From Azolla caroliniana (Eukaryota; Plantae; Polypodiophyta), in assembly GCA_043228905.1 (NCBI GenBank), contig JBHGNT010000012.1:4464001-4528000 (forward strand): a DNA stretch of 64,000 nucleotides, written 5' to 3'. The stretch's first letter is position 1. Every line of letters starts with the position of its first letter. A program made the translations under genes and the position numbers. The notes beneath the pieces were generated by a model. The model had not been told where the DNA came from, did not search any database, and was given only the letters and a program-made list of their open reading frames with translations. Of the stretch, positions 60,495 through 64,000 are shown piece by piece.

Positions 60495-63400
60495 TGTTGG
60501 GAATCCGGTCCCTCCCAATGGGATCTCGATGAGATCCGGAAACCGGATCGGATGGATCGGGTGTGAACCGAATCTAGGGACATATCTGTAAATATGTTTC
60601 TGATGTGCCTTTCATGGCTATATTTGTAAGTATAAATATGACTTAGGGCAACCAGTTTGGTAGAGATTGTAGTTGTTATTATTATTACTCTTGTATAGAC
60701 AAAAAGAACGTGAGATACAGAAAGTGTTTCTGTTGTAACCGTTGGTTGGCGAAGATACAGGGCTCGAGGTTGTTGCCTCTAAGTCTCGCATTGTATCCTC
60801 TTCTTATAGTGATAGTTGAGGTCTATGGGCTCCCGTAGTTTTTTTACCCTATTAGGGTTTTTTTCCCTATCTTGTGTCCTCTCTGTTGTCTGTGTAAGTG
60901 TATTAATCTCCATTTTTGTTTTGTTCTTCCATTGAGTGTTTAAGACTCAGTTGTGGCCGAGCACCATTTCCGCACAATTTGGTATCAGAGCGAACAACAG
61001 ATGGAAGAGTCTTTCGGAAGCATGTTCAAGCTCACCGGCTTCAACTATCTAGTGTGGAACTCCAAGATGAGGGACATCTTCATGGTCAAAGATCTTTGGC
61101 TTTTGGTACAATTCGGGGACAAGAAACCTGACAAGATCGATGCCACAATGTGGGAGGTGATGCACATGAAGACGACAACATACATTAGGTGCTTCATCAA
61201 CATTAGCCTGTACAACAACTTCAATGAAGAAAGCAAGCCTCATGTGCTCTGGGAGAAAATGGTTATCATGCTAGAGAGTAAAAAAATCGTAAATCGGGTT
61301 TCGGTATTCCGGAAGTTAGTGAGACTCCGGTATCAAGACGGATCCAACATGGCAAAGCACATGAATGCTTTCCAAGGGCTCATAAATCAAACAACCTCTC
61401 TAGAAGTACCTCTAGCCGACGAGGTACTTGCATTGCTCCTACTCAGTTCCCTCCCGGATAGTTGGGAGATGCTAGTTGTCACCTTGGGCAACGCCGGGCC
61501 AGAAGGAAAACAGTTGTCCCTGGCAAGGGTAAAATCAAGCTTGTTGGATGAAGAAGCTCGCCGGAAGGACCAGGAGTCTGGAACAAATCCGAAGGCCTTG
61601 GTCATGGATGATTCCGGGGAAGGGGCCAGAATCGGAGTTCCCAAAACTGGGATTAATCGGGGACGAGGTCGAAGTCAAGGGGAAGGCCCACTTGCATTTA
61701 CTGCGGAAAGTAGGGGCAGTTCCAAAAGAATTGCCGACACTTCCGGAAAACCAAATGGGGAGCCGAAAATTTGGAACCGAAGAAGATTTTGGAAAGGAGA
61801 GGAATGTCGCCAATCGCAACAAGTGAAGAAGAACTGCTGCTAATCACCCAAGAGAGTGAGCTGCATCTTACCAGTGACGAAATGACATGGATGGTCAACT
61901 TTGGAGCGTCATTTCATCTGACCCCAACCGGAAATGCTTATGATCATATAGAGCGGGAGATCACGGTTGTGACCGGATGGGAAATGAAGGTGCATGCCAA
62001 ATTGTCGGCATAGGAGATGTGTGGTTGATGACATCAACCGGATGCAAGTTGTTGTTGAAGGATGTCTGACACATTCTGGAGGTTCGGTTAAACCTAATAC
62101 CAACCGGTCGGCTAGATGATGAAGGCTACACGGGTAGCATCCGGAATGGAGTCATGAAGTTTTACAAATGAAGCTTAATCGTGGCTCGAGCCTGGAAGAT
62201 CAACACACTGTACTTGATGCATGCCCGGATATGCCAGAAGAAGTGAATGTGGCATCCAAAAAGGCCGGTGAGTTGTGGCACAAGAGGTTGTGCCACATGA
62301 GCCAGAAAGGGATGAGAAGATTTGCCGAAGATAACCTCATTCCGGAGGTGAAAGACGTGTAGCTTGAGAAGTGCATTGATTGCTTAACCGGCAAGCAGAA
62401 CCGAACCTCTTTCCAGTCAAGACCACCGATGAGACGGAATGCCCCGCTGAAACTTCTAAATACCGATGTATGTGAAGTGGACACGAAGTAACATGTTGGA
62501 TTGTAGTACTTTGTGGCGTTCATAGACGACCACAGCCGAAAGCTGTGGGTCTCATCGTTGAAGACAAAGGACCAAGTATTATCCGTCTTCAAGGACATCC
62601 ACATGAGAGTGGAAAGAGAAATAGGTCGGAAGCTGACGGAAGTTCAAGTAGAAAATGGAGAAGAATATCGGGGGCAGTTCGAGGAGTACTACCAGTTGAA
62701 GGGAATCCGGCTCAAATTCACCATGCCGAAGACACCGGAGCTAAATGGATTGGCCAAAAGGATGAACCAGACTGTGATGGAGAGAGTCCGTAGCATGATG
62801 GCACATGTTAAACTGCCAAAGACATTTTGGGTTGAGGCGCTAATGACAGTGACGTACGTGATAAACAGATCACCCTCCGCGCCCGTGGAGGGAGACTCAC
62901 CGCGGAAAGTATGGACCGGTAAAGATGTGTCTTACCGGCATCTAAAGGTGTTCGGCTGTATCACTTATGTGCATGTTTATTTTTTTTCTAGAAAGATTTC
63001 CTTCATTAGTATTAAGAAAAAATGTCGTAAGGCTACAAATGGTACAATTAGAGAGTGTTATATACATAAAGGATAATCAGGGGAAGGGCCAGGGATGATG
63101 ATATTTCCAGATAGGTCCTTGAGAGGAGACCATGAATAGAGGCAACTTCCTCCATAACTGCAGTAATTTTTACAACCTCCGAAGGGCCTGACATATTGTC
63201 ATATTGCCCATGCACTGCCACCAATAAGTTGTCCCATAAATCTAGCAATATATCTAAGAGAAGGGGAATTATAGAATCGTATCGTCTTTTACACCAATAC
63301 TTCCCTAAGTTCCATAATGTACCCGTGGATACTGTTTTCCATACATGGGTTGCACGTAATTGCTTTCGAGGTTGCTGAAAAGGGGAGATAGATATTAGAT

Positions 63401-64000
63401 GCCTATTGACGACTGTCTTAGCCTCTAGAGCATCATTTGCCTCATACAATAAGAGACTGGAATGGAGAAGCCCCCAAACTGTTCATCCCCAGGAGAATAG
63501 GCAACATAAATTAATTGTTAGGAATAAAGAAAGAACTTTATTCCATACTTGTTGGGCTATTGAACAAGACTAGAGAGCATGCTTGGTAGTTTCCTGCAAG
63601 TCACCACAATAACTACATTGTCTAAGAATGGGTGCCACGTTTCCTTTCAAAGATTGACCTACTGGTAGTGCTGCATGTAGTAAAAGCCATTTGAAGAGAG
63701 TGTATTTTGTTGGTTCCCTAAAAGACCAAATCCATTTCCAATAAGCCTTCAAGTGATTGCTTGATACACCCCACTTATTCCACTGCTTTTGAGCTGCAGG
63801 AGTTGGAATATTCTTAGACATGAGTAAGGTTCTACCAAATTTCACAATATACTAAAAGAACAGAAATTTTTGCATGTTGCAAAGGACAAGAGAGAAAAAT
63901 TGGATCCGAAGTCCCGACCATGCATATTCCTTGGATACAATGATGATGAGTTCAGTTATCGAGTGTGGGACATGGTCGACAGGAAGGTCTTCCGGAGTCG
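60495..64000 (+). mobile_element. Ty1/Copia element 5' part (LTR 60495-60976, gag, PR, INT), continues beyond window
   Basis: PBS TGGTATCAGAGC 60980-60991, gag ORF from ATG ~61001, integrase ORF 62513.. resumes at 63879 (AKDKR.KLDPKSRPC). Confidence 0.9.
62978..63870 (-). mobile_element. 5'-truncated L1-type LINE (zf-RVT region), TSD TGCATGTT
   Basis: WKWIW...P.KY.LFKW..LH.ALPVG...CSYCG..QETTKHAL*SC, short poly(A) at 62978-62987, TSD at 62970-62977 and 63871-63878. Confidence 0.88.

Overview
This is a gene-free block of a plant genome (element types suggest a bryophyte or other non-seed plant; that is inference) made entirely of nested, mostly decayed retrotransposons. It holds three non-chromoviral Ty3/Gypsy elements (A: 1-12759 minus; B: ~25109-38891 minus; C: 44246-58291 plus), one chromovirus (984-9080), about seven Ty1/Copia elements or fragments, four solo LTRs with target-site duplications (TSDs), two pol-less LTR elements with 4-bp TSDs (35672-37452; 48683-52333) and a 5'-truncated LINE (62978-63870). 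I found no host genes. Most notable: (i) tRNA-like Pol III A/B-box modules in the U3 of three unrelated LTR families, antisense to the element and pointing outwards in each; (ii) a complete gag-only element with a tRNA-Trp PBS and 4-bp TSD; (iii) a conserved unknown extra ORF downstream of integrase in two diverged Gypsy families; (iv) a 224-bp host duplication in place of a TSD around Gypsy C; (v) a 1.23-kb inverted copy of PR-RT inside the chromovirus's own 5' LTR. Boundaries, TSDs and mismatch counts were read by eye. Lineage names are tentative without a database search.
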